Made by a program: the position numbers and the translations under genes. A stretch of DNA of 63,745 bases, the filler included, from Octopus bimaculoides (taxonomy: Eukaryota), in assembly GCF_001194135.2 (NCBI RefSeq). It is 6 parts of 5 records of this genome, joined end to end, with 100 filler letters (N's around TTAATTAATTAA, not from the genome) between each part and the next. Parts side by side here need not be neighbours in the genome. Positions count along the whole stretch, not along the records: positions 59,929 to 63,745 come from NC_068986.1; 5 more parts are not named here. One strand, given 5' to 3'. Positions 61,584 to 63,745 of this stretch are shown in pieces; position 1 is the first letter of the stretch, and every line of letters starts with the position of its first letter. Under the pieces are notes generated by a model. The model made no database searches and was not told where the DNA came from. It saw only the letters and a program-made list of their open reading frames with translations.

Positions 61584-63745
61584 TAGGCGTGGCTGTGTGG
61601 TAAGGGGCCGGCTTCCCAACTGTATGGTTCCGGGTACGACCGACTGCGTGGCGTCTTGGGCAAATATCTCCTACCATAGCCTCGGGCTGACCAAAACCTT
61701 GTAAGTGGATTTGGTAGACGGAAACTGGAAGAAGCTCGTCGTATATATATATGTACATATTTGTGTGTATGTGACTGTGTTTGTCCCCTCGCAATCGCTT
61801 GACAACGGATGCTGGTGTGTTTATGTAGGCATAATCTAGTGGTTCAGCAAAAAACACCGATAGAATAAGTTCTAGACTTACAAAGAATAAGTCCGAAGGT
61901 CGATTTCTTCGACTAGCATTCTTTAAGGCGGTTAAAGCATGGCTGCAATCAACTCACTAAAACAAGTAAAAGAATATATATGTGTGTGTGTATGCGTGTG
62001 AATGTTTAGACACACACACACACACACACACACATGTACTCCCTACTCTTTTACTCTTTTAGTTGTTTCAATCATTATTTGACTGTGGCCATGCTAGAAC
62101 ACCGCCTTTTAGTCGAGCAAATCGACCCCAGGACTTATCTTTGTAATCCTAGTACTTATTCTATCGGTCTCTTTTCGACGAACTGCTAAGTTACGGGGAC
62201 GTAAATGTATTTATATGTATGCATGTATACATGTATATATATCCAAAGTGAAGTAGTGAGAAACAGATAGAACGAACAGAAGAATGGAAGCATGTTTAAA
62301 TGCATGCCTGTGCGCGCGCGCATGTGTGTGGTTGAGGGAAAGAAGGAAGCAAATGCAGTGTGGTTGAAGTAGGAAGTCAGAAAGACGACAGTGAGTGAGA
62401 GAGAGAGAGAAAAGAGAAAAGAGAAAAGAGAAGGAGAGAGATTGAAAGAAGGGGAGGAGGAAGAAAAGTACATCCAATGAAAAGAAGGAAAAAAAAACTA
62501 CAACCTGACCCATCCCTACTCCACCTCCACCTCCGCCTCCGCCTCCGCCTCCTCTCCTCCTTTCGCTCCTGCTCTTGCTCCTCCTCCTCCTCTCCTATTT
62601 CTTTCTCCTCACTCTCCTCCCCCAATTAACCTGTTCGCTGAGGAGTTTTCTATAACGCATCATTCAACTGTATTAAAACTGGGATCTCAGCTGGTGATTG
62701 TTGTACAGTGTGGGTGACGGTGGTGGTGGTTGTGGTGGTGGTGGTGGTGGAGGTTGGAGAGAAGAGAGGGAGGGGGCGATGGCGGTGGTGGCGGTGATGG
62801 CGGTGGNNNNNNNNNNNNNNNNNNNNNNNNNNNNNNNNNNNNNNNNNNNNNNNNNNNNNNNNNNNNNNNNNNNNNNNNNNNNNNNNNNNNNNNNNNNNNN
62901 NNNNNNNNNNNNNNNNNCCGCCTCCGCCTCCGCCTCCTCTCCTCCTTTCGCTCCTGCTCTTGCTCCTCCTCCTCCTCTCCTATTTCTTTCTCCTCACTCT
63001 CCTCCCCCAATTAACCTGTTCGCTGAGGAGTTTTCTATAACGCATCATTCAACTGTATTAAAACTGGGATCTCAGCTGGTGATTGTTGTACAGTGTGGGT
63101 GACGGTGGTGGTGGTTGTGGTGGTGGTGGTGGTGGAGGTTGGAGAGAAGAGAGGGAGGGGGCGATGGCGGTGGTGGCGGTGATGGCGGTGGTGGGTTGTG
63201 TTGCGATTGTGATGATGGTGATGATTGTGATGATGGCGTCAATAAGAACTGAAGGCGGAGTTGCTTACAGAACAGCCAAGCAACCATCATCAATACCACC
63301 ACCACCATCATCATCATCATGGTCTTTCATTATAATCAGCATTTTAACTAATATCGTTACTATCATCCCTGTCATCATTATCATCACCATCATCAGCGTC
63401 TTCGTAATCATCATCGTCACCATCATCATCGTCATCATCACCATCATAGTCGTCATCGTCATCATCAACATCATCATCATCATCATCGTCGTCGTCGTCG
63501 TCATTGTCACCGGCAGCGGCGCCAAGAGCATCGTTGGCTTTAATAAGCATCATCAGCATTAACACTGAATTACTACCACTACCACCGACTGCCTCCCTCC
63601 CTCGCCGCCATCAATACCACCACCTCCTACCACCACCACCACCACCCACCACCACCACCACCTTATCATTTATCGATGGTCGTCAACGTTGTTTTGTCCT
63701 TGTTCGTTGACGTCGTTCGTTATCAACGACAATCACCACCACTGC

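Noticed and set aside
62540-63190. About 250-bp exact tandem duplication across a gap (also 53275-53404 and 54525-54994)
   Set aside because: Identical sequence on both sides of an N run is typical of unmerged contig overlaps.

Overview
AT-rich, gap-riddled eukaryotic DNA packed with (TA)n, (CA)n, (AAT)n and (GAT)n microsatellites and several tRNA-derived SINE families. The repeat content is most consistent with an Octopus genome, but this is inference. The only host gene I can support is a type-I acyl-CoA thioesterase / BAAT-family alpha/beta hydrolase with a single coding exon. It is present twice in a head-to-head inverted duplication (arms at least 50496-53474 and 56746-59828, about 2% diverged in the CDS). 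The + copy (57783-59340) has an intact mitochondrial-type presequence. The - copy (52365-50944) has TAC>TAG at codon 19 inside that presequence, and the two copies share a 289-bp block with no differences. The rest is decayed mobile DNA: Penelope-like GIY-YIG retroelements with hammerhead-ribozyme motifs (one complete at 45001-45122, with a 77-nt loop II), R4/Dong-, HERO/NeSL-, RTE- and CR1-type LINE fragments, mariner and Tigger fragments, nested SINEs, foldback hairpins and a CRE-palindrome-rich degenerate minisatellite. Most ORFs in the supplied track are artefacts of N-runs, microsatellites or SINE antisense strands. All alignments and counts were done by eye.
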